Positions 8,555 through 17,233 of a stretch of 64,000 nt of DNA are shown here, piece by piece. Position numbers and translations under genes: made by a program. Origin of the DNA: a virus (lineage: Duplodnaviria > Caudoviricetes). The notes under the pieces were generated by a model. It was not told the origin of the DNA, did no database searches, and saw only the letters and a program-made list of their open reading frames with translations. The stretch is taken from positions 1 to 64,000 of the IMG/VR virus record IMGVR_UViG_3300033066_001102; one strand, written 5' to 3'. Each line of letters begins with the position of its first letter. The first letter of the stretch is position 1.

Positions 8555-9652
8555 ATGCCCCCAACGCGAGTCGGATTTATTAAGATTGACCGTTCTCTGA
8601 GAGATCATTGGCTGTGGAAGCGCCGCCCATTTTCTTATGCTCAGGCATGGATTGATTTGCTGCTTCGGGCAAAATGGGCTGATGATAAAGAAATGATAGG
8701 AAACACTTTTCTGGTCCTTAAAAGAGGCCAAATACTAACATCACAAGTGAAATTATCCGACGAATGGGGTTGGGACAGAAGAAGTACAAATAAATTTTTA
8801 TCTCTGTTAAAAACGGACAGGATGATACACAGCGAAGTGTACAGCACTTTTACCGTCATAACTATCTGTAATTATGATACTTATCAAAGTATTATTGTAA
8901 ATAATGCACAGCATGATGCACAGGATAATACACAGCAACCCGTACAGCACCATGTACAGCAACTTGTACACAGTAAAGAAAGTAAAGAAAGTAAAGAAGA
9001 TAATATCTTAACTACTCTTGTCCCCACCAAAAAAGGGGACGACACAGTTTTAGATTTCAAATCTAAAACCAAACCGGTTAAAAAATCAGAAGTCGAGAAA
9101 AAGGGCAGTCCGGAATGGTATGTTAAGTCCGACGCTATTTACCTGGCCAATACTGCTAACATGCACCTGATGCCAATCAAGGCCGATATAATTCAACAGA
9201 TATTCTCAAAAACCATCGCTGCGCGTCCAGACAAGGCCACAGCGGCCTTTATTTCCGCCAACCCACCCATTGCGTTCAACTTCAAAAAATATTCAGCCAT
9301 GTTGGTTTTTTATGGCATTGCTAAGACTTTTCACATGTTGGTATGTACCATCCGTCCTATTGAAGGCTACAAGGTCATGCGAACCACTAATGTTGAGAAG
9401 GCAATCAACCATGCCCGACTACTTGTGCAGGACGATAAACAGCCTCCTGAGAAGATTAAGGATGTTATGGATTGGATGTTTGATGAAAAACAGGATCCTT
9501 TTTGGCGAAACACTGTAATGTCAATTGATGGATTTAGAAAGCATTTTGATAAGATTGTCGCAAAAATGGAAGACAGTATTCGGGCAAGGGAAGAAAAAAT
9601 TGTTAAACCAGGATTTACACTCAACCACCATGGAAACGAGCACGAAGATTAA
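8555..9652 (+). CDS. Phage replication initiator (lambda O / replisome-organizer type)
   Basis: N-terminal GFIKIDRSLRDHWLW...KRGQILTS...LSDEWGW wHTH; internal repeats; immediately upstream of DnaB. Confidence 0.75.
   Translation: MPPTRVGFIKIDRSLRDHWLWKRRPFSYAQAWIDLLLRAKWADDKEMIGNTFLVLKRGQILTSQVKLSDEWGWDRRSTNKFLSLLKTDRMIHSEVYSTFTVITICNYDTYQSIIVNNAQHDAQDNTQQPVQHHVQQLVHSKESKESKEDNILTTLVPTKKGDDTVLDFKSKTKPVKKSEVEKKGSPEWYVKSDAIYLANTANMHLMPIKADIIQQIFSKTIAARPDKATAAFISANPPIAFNFKKYSAMLVFYGIAKTFHMLVCTIRPIEGYKVMRTTNVEKAINHARLLVQDDKQPPEKIKDVMDWMFDEKQDPFWRNTVMSIDGFRKHFDKIVAKMEDSIRAREEKIVKPGFTLNHHGNEHED
8826..8998 (+). repeat. Iteron-like repeats inside the initiator (candidate origin)
   Basis: 12-bp period units related to TGYACAGCA at 8826, 8838, 8905, 8917, 8929, 8941, 8953 and 8965, then AGTAAAGAA x3 at 8972-8998. 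Confidence 0.65.
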
Positions 9653-11162
9653 TAGACAAAAGCAACCACGAAACGATTTTGACGCTTCTATATACGGCAG
9701 AATTCAACCACAGGCGGGAGATGTAGAAGAAGCTGTACTTGGAGGGCTAATGATTGAACAGGAATCAATAAACGAAGTGTTAGATATTCTTCAGCCGGAA
9801 ATATTCTACGTCGATGCGCACCAATTAATCTGCCGTGCCATCCGCACCCTTCATGCCGAGCAGAAACCTTTCGACATCCTGATGGTCACACAGCAACTCC
9901 GGTCCACAGAGGAACTGGAAAGAATAGGAGGATCGTATTATATCACAACTTTGACTAATAGGGTAGCTTCTGCGGCAAATATCCGGCACCACCTACTGAT
10001 TATTTATCAGGCATACCTGCAGCGGGAAATAATTCGGAATTCAGCCGAAGTAATAAGGGATTCATTTGAGTGTAAAACCGATGTGTTTGATCTTATTGAT
10101 AAACAACGGATATTCTACCAAGCCATTGACGAGCCTCTTACGAGAATCAAAATAGTTCCGATTGCCAAACAAGTGGATGAAACCATAATGGCGATGGAAA
10201 AAGCATCCGGAAGCAGTAAATCCACATTCGGATATTCAACCGGATGGAAACAACTCGACAGAACAACCAGTGGTCTTGTCCCTGGAGAGGTAACCGTTAT
10301 TGCGGCACGTCCTGGCATGGGAAAGACAGCATTAGCAATATCGCTTGCTAACAATTTGAGAAGGCAAAAAATCATTACCGATATTTATTCTTTTGAGAGC
10401 CCGTACAAAACCGTAATCATGAGGTTTATGTCACAGGATTTAGGCATCCCATTAACACATCTACGACAAGGAAAAATTGTCGACTGGTTAAAAGTTAAAG
10501 ACTACGGTGAGGAATTGAAGATTGCAGGTATTTCTATTGAGGACACCGCCAGAATGAATGGTGAAGAACTTGAGGTAAGGATGCGGATGAGGGCCCGCAA
10601 TGATGGTGTACAGGTAGTGATAATTGACTACATGCAGCTGATGCACATGCGTAGTATGAACAAAAATGCCAACAGGGAGCAGGAAATAACGGCCATAAGC
10701 AGGATTATTAAGACCGTAGCGATGGAAACCGATACGGCAATGGTGCCCCTTTCACAGTTAAGCAGGACAGTGGAAACCAGGGGCGGGGATAAACGCCCAC
10801 AACTATCTGATCTACGAGAATCTGGATCTATTGAACAGGACGCAGATAGCGTATGGTTTATTTACCGGCCGGAGTATTACAAAATCATGCAGGACGCTAA
10901 TGGATATTCAACGCAGAATGTTGGGATCATTGATGTTGCCAAAAACAGAAATGGAGAAACCAAGGATCATGAATTTTTATACACTCCAGCACTAATGAAG
11001 TTTGAAGAATGGCCAAGTGAATTGAATAAGAAGTATGAACCTAATGCCGATGGCAGAAAGGGAAAGAAAAAAAGAGCCACTGACATTTCACGCAGAGATT
11101 ACACGGAAGCTGAAAGGGATGATGATTCGCCGCCAACAGAAGATGATCCACTACCTTTTTAG
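9630..11162 (+). CDS. dnaB: Replicative DNA helicase DnaB (start revised to 9630)
   Basis: GRIQPQA..VEEAVLG, AARPGMGKT, IDYMQL, LSQLSR, RPQLSDLRESGSIEQDAD. Confidence 0.95.
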   Translation: METSTKINRQKQPRNDFDASIYGRIQPQAGDVEEAVLGGLMIEQESINEVLDILQPEIFYVDAHQLICRAIRTLHAEQKPFDILMVTQQLRSTEELERIGGSYYITTLTNRVASAANIRHHLLIIYQAYLQREIIRNSAEVIRDSFECKTDVFDLIDKQRIFYQAIDEPLTRIKIVPIAKQVDETIMAMEKASGSSKSTFGYSTGWKQLDRTTSGLVPGEVTVIAARPGMGKTALAISLANNLRRQKIITDIYSFESPYKTVIMRFMSQDLGIPLTHLRQGKIVDWLKVKDYGEELKIAGISIEDTARMNGEELEVRMRMRARNDGVQVVIIDYMQLMHMRSMNKNANREQEITAISRIIKTVAMETDTAMVPLSQLSRTVETRGGDKRPQLSDLRESGSIEQDADSVWFIYRPEYYKIMQDANGYSTQNVGIIDVAKNRNGETKDHEFLYTPALMKFEEWPSELNKKYEPNADGRKGKKKRATDISRRDYTEAERDDDSPPTEDDPLPF

Positions 11163-11182
11163 TTTTAATTCTAAATTTACTA

Positions 11183-11497
11183 ATGATGGGAAAATCCTTT
11201 ATTGAACAGTCAAAAATTCACTGGTATTTAAGTACAGATCATGAAGTTTATCCGGGTGATGACAATATTATTATTGGTTGCCTCCAACGAATTGCTTTAG
11301 CAACCGAGAAGCAAGCAGCAGTAGCCGACATTATTTCTCAGAACTGGCAGCGATTAATGGATGAGCGGGATATGTACAAAAATTGGCATAATAAAGAAGT
11401 GGAAAGGACTGAAACATTGAATCGTAGGATCAGATCTATGAAAGGCGCATACACGAAACTTAAAAATAAAAACATATGTCAGACAAAAAAACCTTAA
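11183..11497 (+). CDS. Hypothetical coiled-coil protein
   Basis: In-operon ORF with a C-terminal coiled coil. Confidence 0.55.
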   Translation: MMGKSFIEQSKIHWYLSTDHEVYPGDDNIIIGCLQRIALATEKQAAVADIISQNWQRLMDERDMYKNWHNKEVERTETLNRRIRSMKGAYTKLKNKNICQTKKP

Positions 11498-11709
11498 CCG
11501 ACCGCGAAAAGCTCCAGGCATTTGCTCGTGAAGTGCAAACAATGCAAGCCATGCAAGACAGATATTTCAAGATTTCAAAGGAAGCAAGAAATAATTTAGC
11601 ATCACCGGATCAGGTGCGAGAAGCACTTAATAAATCAAAGGCTCAGGAAGCCAGAGTAAGAAAACTGGTGACTAATGCGCTGAGTCTTCAACTTACAATC
11701 GGAGATTAG
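11476..11709 (+). CDS. Hypothetical protein
   Basis: Short overlaps with both neighbours. Confidence 0.55.
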   Translation: MSDKKTLTDREKLQAFAREVQTMQAMQDRYFKISKEARNNLASPDQVREALNKSKAQEARVRKLVTNALSLQLTIGD

Positions 11710-11894
11710 TGGAATATCTATACCACGGTGACCGCATCACAGATCCAAGGTTGAAGAAGAAAACCTGCAGCGCCATACGGTTAAACGGTAAGTGTATTCG
11801 GGGAACAATGGGAACGATGCTGGTCCGATTTGAAGATGGCGAGAGAGCAGTAATCATTGCAAAACTTTTAAGAAAAATAAAATCATGTGGATAA
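11709..11894 (+). CDS. Small basic hypothetical protein
   Basis: GTG start sharing its first base with the upstream TAG. Confidence 0.5.
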   Translation: MEYLYHGDRITDPRLKKKTCSAIRLNGKCIRGTMGTMLVRFEDGERAVIIAKLLRKIKSCG

Positions 11895-13042
11895 TCCCTT
11901 CCAATCACCCGCTTTACTCTCAATTTGCACCGGATCTGGTGGACTCGAAAGAGGAATTGAGCATGCAACCGGCGCTGCAGTTCGAACAGTCGCTCATGTG
12001 GAAATCGAAGCCTTTATCATTGAAAACCTGGTGCGCCAAATGGAACAGGGTATATTGGATCCCGCACCTATTTGGACGGATGTTAAAACCTTCTTCCCAT
12101 TTGCACACCACTTTCGTGGAAAAATTGACGGCATCGCTGCAGGATATCCTTGTCAACCCTTCTCAAAAGCCGGTGAACGAAAAGGAGAAGATGATCCAAG
12201 ACACCTTTGGCCGTATATATTCAGAATCATTGAAGCAGTACGACCTGTTTGGTGTTTCTTCGAAAATGTCAGAGGACACCTCACAATGGGATATGACCAA
12301 GTTTACAAAGACCTTAGAAGTATTGGTTACTCAGTTGAGTGTGGAATATACTCAGCGCAAGAAGTTGGCGCAACACATGAGAGAGAACGGCTTTTCATCC
12401 TTGCCGTGGCCGACTCCTACCGCATGGCAGAGCGGGGAAGAACCGGATACATTCGAAGCTCGCAGACTGCGCCTGAAAGAGAAATGGGGGAAAAAAACCG
12501 GGAACGGAGCAGGGGAAACATTGAACATATCAGTAAAGAAGTGGACAACACCAACGCTATCATCAGCGAAGCAGGGAGAGAACGAGCCCGATGGGAAACG
12601 ATCGCAGACTTTGATTGGTCAAGTGCGCGGCAGCAATTGGGCAACACCACTGTCCAGGGAAGTGAAGAAAGGATTCCAGACAAGGGCAGACAGAGAAAAA
12701 AACGGGCAGCAGATCGGACTGATCACCCAAGTATTAGAAGCAGAGAACTGGGGAACACCAAGGAGCAACGAACACAAGGGATCGGGACCGAAAGGCAGCA
12801 AGGTACAGCAGAAGATGATGGATCAGCAATACCTGTCAGCCCAGGTGGAGGGTACAGATGGCCTGCTCCCAAAGGAGTCTTCCAACATCCGTGGGAAGCG
12901 CCCCGTCTTGTCTCCGGCATGGACTGCACAGTTAATGGGTACAACTTTAGAGAGGATCTTCTTCGCATGTTGGGAAATGCCGTTGTTTACCAGACAGCGG
13001 CCAAAGCATATCTTGACTTACTCTCGAAATTCAGATGAATGA
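11885..13042 (+). CDS. Overprinted alternative-frame protein with WxTP repeats and a motif-IX-like tail (putative second MTase subunit)
   Basis: 385 codons open across the entire MTase gene; WPTP, WTTP, WATP and WGTP repeats; VLSPAWTAQLMG; ATGA overlap with the next gene. Confidence 0.7.
   Translation: MWIIPSNHPLYSQFAPDLVDSKEELSMQPALQFEQSLMWKSKPLSLKTWCAKWNRVYWIPHLFGRMLKPSSHLHTTFVEKLTASLQDILVNPSQKPVNEKEKMIQDTFGRIYSESLKQYDLFGVSSKMSEDTSQWDMTKFTKTLEVLVTQLSVEYTQRKKLAQHMRENGFSSLPWPTPTAWQSGEEPDTFEARRLRLKEKWGKKTGNGAGETLNISVKKWTTPTLSSAKQGENEPDGKRSQTLIGQVRGSNWATPLSREVKKGFQTRADREKNGQQIGLITQVLEAENWGTPRSNEHKGSGPKGSKVQQKMMDQQYLSAQVEGTDGLLPKESSNIRGKRPVLSPAWTAQLMGTTLERIFFACWEMPLFTRQRPKHILTYSRNSDE
11887..13038 (+). 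CDS. DNA (cytosine-5) methyltransferase catalytic polypeptide
   Basis: Motif I LSICTGSGG, IV GYPCQPFS, VI FENV, VIII HERERLF, X LGNAV; GTG start with an in-frame TAA at 11878. Confidence 0.9.
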   Translation: MDNPFQSPALLSICTGSGGLERGIEHATGAAVRTVAHVEIEAFIIENLVRQMEQGILDPAPIWTDVKTFFPFAHHFRGKIDGIAAGYPCQPFSKAGERKGEDDPRHLWPYIFRIIEAVRPVWCFFENVRGHLTMGYDQVYKDLRSIGYSVECGIYSAQEVGATHERERLFILAVADSYRMAERGRTGYIRSSQTAPEREMGEKNRERSRGNIEHISKEVDNTNAIISEAGRERARWETIADFDWSSARQQLGNTTVQGSEERIPDKGRQRKKRAADRTDHPSIRSRELGNTKEQRTQGIGTERQQGTAEDDGSAIPVSPGGGYRWPAPKGVFQHPWEAPRLVSGMDCTVNGYNFREDLLRMLGNAVVYQTAAKAYLDLLSKFR

Positions 13043-13248
13043 ACTACGAATGGAAGCCATTTAACAAATGTCCTGATTGCGATGAAATGATTCAGGCAGG
13101 AATCAAGTTCATGATAGACCATCAAGTTGAAAAGCATGGACTACAGGAACGTACCAATACATTGATCAATGCAAGAACTTTAAAGGGTAGCGAATTAACC
13201 ATTGATGAAGCACTGACAGTAATAGGGAAAAATGAGCACCGAAAATAA
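13039..13248 (+). CDS. Small CxxC..H..H zinc-finger-like protein
   Basis: CPDC...HQVEKH. Confidence 0.5.
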   Translation: MNYEWKPFNKCPDCDEMIQAGIKFMIDHQVEKHGLQERTNTLINARTLKGSELTIDEALTVIGKNEHRK

Positions 13249-13322
13249 ATTCCATTTTTCCCCACATAATATGAGAAACGTAGTCCACCATATCAATTCG
13301 AACGCATCTTAATCAAGCTACT

Positions 13323-13775
13323 ATGAGCAAGCAGAACGTAAAATGGTCGCAGGAGGAATACAAGCAATGGCTACAGCGCACTGCTGAACAGCACCTCAAT
13401 CACAACAACCAATCGGTGCAAAATATCGAAAACAAACAGCCTGAAAAAAAATCCAAGTATTTCAACAAAAAAGTGGAAATCAATGGTGAATTGATCGACT
13501 CCAAAAAAGAGGCCGGTGTGTACATGAAGCTCCTTATGAAACAACGAGCAGGACTGATCACCAATCTGGAGCGCCAAGTACGATTCGATTACACCATTAC
13601 CTTTGCAGCAAATGGGAAAGAATGGAAGAAAACCGGATTTTATCGCGCCGACTTCACCTACAACGAAAACGGACAATTTATTGTTGCTGATGCAAAGGGT
13701 ATGCGCACGGCTGAGTACAACAGAAAAAAGAAAATAATGAAAAAACTTTACAACATTGAAATCTTAGAACTATGA
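13323..13775 (+). CDS. DUF1064-type PD-(D/E)XK endonuclease (possible resolvase)
   Basis: KYFNKKV...DSKKEA...LERQVRF...YRADF...DAKGMRT..Y..KKK. Confidence 0.8.
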   Translation: MSKQNVKWSQEEYKQWLQRTAEQHLNHNNQSVQNIENKQPEKKSKYFNKKVEINGELIDSKKEAGVYMKLLMKQRAGLITNLERQVRFDYTITFAANGKEWKKTGFYRADFTYNENGQFIVADAKGMRTAEYNRKKKIMKKLYNIEILEL

Positions 13776-14053
13776 AAACAATCATCACCTACCTTGTATT
13801 TGTCGCACTCGCAGCCCTGGTCTGCGTATTCGGATTCATCGGCATCCTCTGGTGGCTTGCCTTAGTATCAGTAGTCATATTCGTCGTGGACTACGTTTGG
13901 CCGTACCTTCAGATGAAGTATTATCTATGGAAAGCAAAGTCGAAAATCAATCATGTTTTGAATCACTCAAAAGATATTGATCCTGAAATAAGTGACATTT
14001 TAAGAGACTGTTTACAATTCATTGATGAAATCAATAGTGAAACAAAACTATGA
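13772..14053 (+). CDS. Small membrane protein
   Basis: Long N-terminal hydrophobic stretch (about two TM segments). Confidence 0.6.
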   Translation: MKTIITYLVFVALAALVCVFGFIGILWWLALVSVVIFVVDYVWPYLQMKYYLWKAKSKINHVLNHSKDIDPEISDILRDCLQFIDEINSETKL

Positions 14054-14454
14054 TAGATCAATTATCCGAAATCTACCACGGCTGGATGAACTGGCTCAAC
14101 CATGATAGTCTATCCGATGACATGCGCCGTGTAGCCAAACTTCGGCTGCAGTCCTGCTCCAAATGCGAGTACTCAAAGGAACGATGGGTAAAAAAGGTAT
14201 GGGACCAGATAACCGGAAAAAAAGAGCGCCGTTTTACCGGATATAAATGTGAAATATGCACCTGTCCGCTTGATCAAAAATCCGTTTCATGGGCTTCACA
14301 ATGTCCGCTTCCGGAATATGACGGCAAGTTATACCCGCAAATAAAGCGATGGGGAAAGGTTCAATTTGATAGCGAGGGTAAGGTAGTAGGTGGCGACAAT
14401 GTATATGTTACCGCTTTATCAACTTCTCTTGAATCCTTAACGCCTGAGAAGTAG
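14050..14454 (+). CDS. Cys-rich zinc-binding hypothetical protein
   Basis: CSKC...CEICTCPL...CP. Confidence 0.6.
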   Translation: MIDQLSEIYHGWMNWLNHDSLSDDMRRVAKLRLQSCSKCEYSKERWVKKVWDQITGKKERRFTGYKCEICTCPLDQKSVSWASQCPLPEYDGKLYPQIKRWGKVQFDSEGKVVGGDNVYVTALSTSLESLTPEK

Positions 14455-14821
14455 CCAGATGTAAATTCATTGGTGCATTGCCGGCGCCATGAAAATACAT
14501 TACCCAATTAGTAATTTCCCTCCTAACCGTATATGGACGTAGTAAGTTGATGTTTTCCAAGTTTATAGCACGAGGTCTGGATAGATTAATATTCTGCTGA
14601 TATTCCCATGTATCCACAAGCATGAAGCCGGTACGCTCGCAGAAGTCCCGTAGCGGGATCAGCGCGTGTACCGGCTTAGAACTGCCAACCATAAATATCT
14701 TGATGCTGTTTTCATCGGGCATCCCGCCAATCAGCCACGGTTCAGCGTAGTTGATCTGGCTTAGCCTTATCATACAGTCCATCTTTACTGTGTCGATAAT
14801 CGCACTATATATCAAGAACAT
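14408..14821 (-). CDS. Hypothetical protein, possibly LytTR-like DNA-binding
   Basis: IRLSQINYAE...IKIF...LRDFCERTGFMLV...AINLENI follows the LytTR pattern by eye. Confidence 0.4.
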   Translation of the reverse strand: MFLIYSAIIDTVKMDCMIRLSQINYAEPWLIGGMPDENSIKIFMVGSSKPVHALIPLRDFCERTGFMLVDTWEYQQNINLSRPRAINLENINLLRPYTVRREITNWVMYFHGAGNAPMNLHLATSQALRIQEKLIKR

Positions 14822-14834
14822 GGCAGGTTGTTTT

Positions 14835-15434
14835 TTATTTAATGCAATACTGCAAGAACGGCTGCACCCTCTGGCAATTCTTAAACAGGATCCTTGCCTC
14901 TGTAAGGCGCTCCTGCGTGAATCCAGGTAGCGGGAGTATCTTTTCGAACAACTCCCGGCTATGATTAAACTTACTTTTCATCAAAGTCTTGTTACTCTCC
15001 ATGAGCATCTCGAACTTAGCCTGGCGATCCTCTGCCAATGCTTTTTTTTGTTCATCCGAAACTTCAATCTTTGATTTCTTTTGCGGCTTCAAGACGTAAG
15101 CATTGCGCTCTCCATCATAAACAAACCCAAGCCCTTCCGCATACTTTCTGCGGGCCTCGTTGTAGGGATTGTATTTACGCCGCATCCAGGCAATAGCCCT
15201 GCTTAATTCTACTTCCAGATCAATAGGCAGGGACCTGATTGTTTCCCCGTTTATATCCCTGGATACATTCTCCTGTACTTCCAGGACACTATTGAACAGT
15301 TCTTCAAATTCTTCAAACAGGAAATCCTCCTTAAGGTTACGTTCTTCCCGGTTGTCCAGGCTTTCCACCATATCCATAATGGACGCCTGTGCAATGTCAT
15401 CCGACATGCTTACTACTTTAGATTCGTCTTCCAT
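14835..15434 (-). CDS. Hypothetical protein
   Basis: 199-aa in-operon ORF. Confidence 0.6.
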   Translation of the reverse strand: MEDESKVVSMSDDIAQASIMDMVESLDNREERNLKEDFLFEEFEELFNSVLEVQENVSRDINGETIRSLPIDLEVELSRAIAWMRRKYNPYNEARRKYAEGLGFVYDGERNAYVLKPQKKSKIEVSDEQKKALAEDRQAKFEMLMESNKTLMKSKFNHSRELFEKILPLPGFTQERLTEARILFKNCQRVQPFLQYCIK

Positions 15435-15465
15435 GAGTGTACATTTATTAAAGTGAAAAAATAAA

Positions 15466-16305
15466 TTATGGCTTGGGAGTCTTAATCTTCAACCTGCTGT
15501 AAAAGGTTGGTATGATCCCATAGTCGGGATTGTAATAGATATCGTCATGCTCCCCTAGCGTGTGGTCGCTAAGTGGATAGATTTTGATCAGGGAAGGAAT
15601 ACCTGCCGCGAACTGCGCCTCATAAGTTTCCTGTGCTGACTTAACCGGAATAAGCGGATCCAAGGCTCCGTTATAGAAATTGTTTGGAACCCCGGTGCTG
15701 TTGATAAGATAAAAGTAAGAACCAACTGCCGCCCCGGATAATGAAGCGGTACCTATAAGGCTGCCTTTGATTTTGGGTATCTTATATCCATCATAGAATG
15801 GAATCCCGGTGTTGTTAGCTGTAATACCGGCATTGATCCAGGTGATGCCACCGGCGCTTGTCCCAACGCCGAAGATTTCTTTACGCTTGATACCGTATGC
15901 AGTGGCATTCTCACGCAGAAACCGGATCAGTTCATACGTCTTGATCACCGACTCCTTTTGCTCTTGCTCGGTGAAGCCGTCTCCAACAGTAAGTTTGTAC
16001 TGAGCAGCCACGGTAACATAACCCAGCTGCACGATTTCGGTGCATATGTTATTAAGCTTGCTGATATCAGTCGTTCCACCGCCTGTATAGAAAATCATCA
16101 CCGGGCGTTTATCTTCTGTATCATGCGCCGGCATATAGATTTTGTACTTGTACCCTGGCTGATATTCACCAAAGTCCGTAGTCCATTCAGTAAATACCGG
16201 ATCGAGATAGCGAACAGGTTCAGGAGTGGTCGCTGTTAATGAAGTTTGTGCAAACGCAAGGCCGCTGCAGCATGTAAGTAGCAGGGCTAACAAGAGATTT
16301 TTCAT
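15466..16305 (-). CDS. Secreted alpha/beta-hydrolase (carboxylesterase-like)
   Basis: Signal peptide ..AFA|Q; RYLDPVF; RPVMIFYTGGG oxyanion region; GTSAG nucleophile; GALD Asp; DHT His. Confidence 0.8.
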   Translation of the reverse strand: MKNLLLALLLTCCSGLAFAQTSLTATTPEPVRYLDPVFTEWTTDFGEYQPGYKYKIYMPAHDTEDKRPVMIFYTGGGTTDISKLNNICTEIVQLGYVTVAAQYKLTVGDGFTEQEQKESVIKTYELIRFLRENATAYGIKRKEIFGVGTSAGGITWINAGITANNTGIPFYDGYKIPKIKGSLIGTASLSGAAVGSYFYLINSTGVPNNFYNGALDPLIPVKSAQETYEAQFAAGIPSLIKIYPLSDHTLGEHDDIYYNPDYGIIPTFYSRLKIKTPKP

Positions 16306-16342
16306 GATTACTTTGTTTTTTTTCGCTGATTAGATAAAACGA

Positions 16343-16606
16343 TTAATCTTCCTGCTGGATGGCTTCAAGCATTCCCCGGATATCCTCAACAGTTGCATCA
16401 CCCTTTGGTCCCAGCAGCGCCTCTGCCAGATCTCCGAATGGGTAAAAGTATTGAACAAGCTCCTTGAATGCATCCGCTTTTTCCTTATCCGGTGTTTCAT
16501 CGGTAAAGGACTGCACCTTTTCTTTGAGTGCAATAAATTCAGGGGACTTAAAAGTTTCTTTGATCTGCTTTGCAGCCTCGATCGCTTTTTTGATTTCGAT
16601 TGGCAT
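16343..16606 (-). CDS. Small helical hypothetical protein (start revised to the ATG at 16606)
   Basis: MPIEIKK start; downstream of the holin. Confidence 0.5.
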   Translation of the reverse strand: MPIEIKKAIEAAKQIKETFKSPEFIALKEKVQSFTDETPDKEKADAFKELVQYFYPFGDLAEALLGPKGDATVEDIRGMLEAIQQED

Positions 16607-16633
16607 AGTGAATGGATTTTGAAGGGTTAACAA

Positions 16634-17185
16634 TTATTTTTCTTCTTTGACTGAATTGATCGTTTTTATCAACGCCTCCCCGGCTTTGTTTTTATAGGTG
16701 TCGATGTATTTGATTGCAAGGAGAGCAATTTGCCCCTTTAATGCACCAACCAGCACCAGGTTTTTAAATGCGCTCAGGATCGTATTGAGCAAAATGAGCA
16801 GGTAGAAGCATTTTGAAATGACTGCCAGGATCGGGCTTATTGCCGGCCATCCAAGGGCATCATTTATCTTCGGCATGTTATAGGTTACTCCCAATAGAAA
16901 CAAAAACGCAACTACAGTAAATAACCAACTGGCAAACTTCTTGGTCGAAAACCCCTCTCCGTTTTTTAAAGACAAGGCAATTCCGGAAAACAGGTCCGCA
17001 TGCAGAACAACGATCAGAATAGATAGCGTCCAGGGAGGACTCCACATCCATTCGTTTAAAAAGTCCTGCAGCGACATGAAGGCTACACTCAGCAGTAAAA
17101 TGTGACGTTCCATTTTATTCAGGGGTTTTAGGAGTAAAAGGAAATTCATCTTATGGCCCCATGCATGTTTTAAATCGATTGCCAT
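16634..17185 (-). CDS. Putative holin
   Basis: Three to four TM segments, DLFSGI...KK motif, SAFKNL, basic C-terminus; lies after the tail genes. Confidence 0.7.
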   Translation of the reverse strand: MAIDLKHAWGHKMNFLLLLKPLNKMERHILLLSVAFMSLQDFLNEWMWSPPWTLSILIVVLHADLFSGIALSLKNGEGFSTKKFASWLFTVVAFLFLLGVTYNMPKINDALGWPAISPILAVISKCFYLLILLNTILSAFKNLVLVGALKGQIALLAIKYIDTYKNKAGEALIKTINSVKEEK

Positions 17186-17233
17186 CGTGCGGTAAATTTA
17201 AGATTAAAAATAACTACCCCAAATTAGGTATGT

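Noticed and set aside
8826-8998. Short periodic repeats as a possible CRISPR or mini-array
   Set aside because: Units are 9-12 bp, adjacent, without unique spacers, and in-frame within a gene; better explained as iterons
9525-9629. 35-aa N-terminal extension of DnaB overlapping the initiator
   Set aside because: The ATG at 9630 has better context and gives a normal-length DnaB; the upstream start is likely an ORF-caller artefact
13232-13312. 26-codon ORF MSTENKFH... filling the gap before the DUF1064 gene
   Set aside because: Too short and featureless to support
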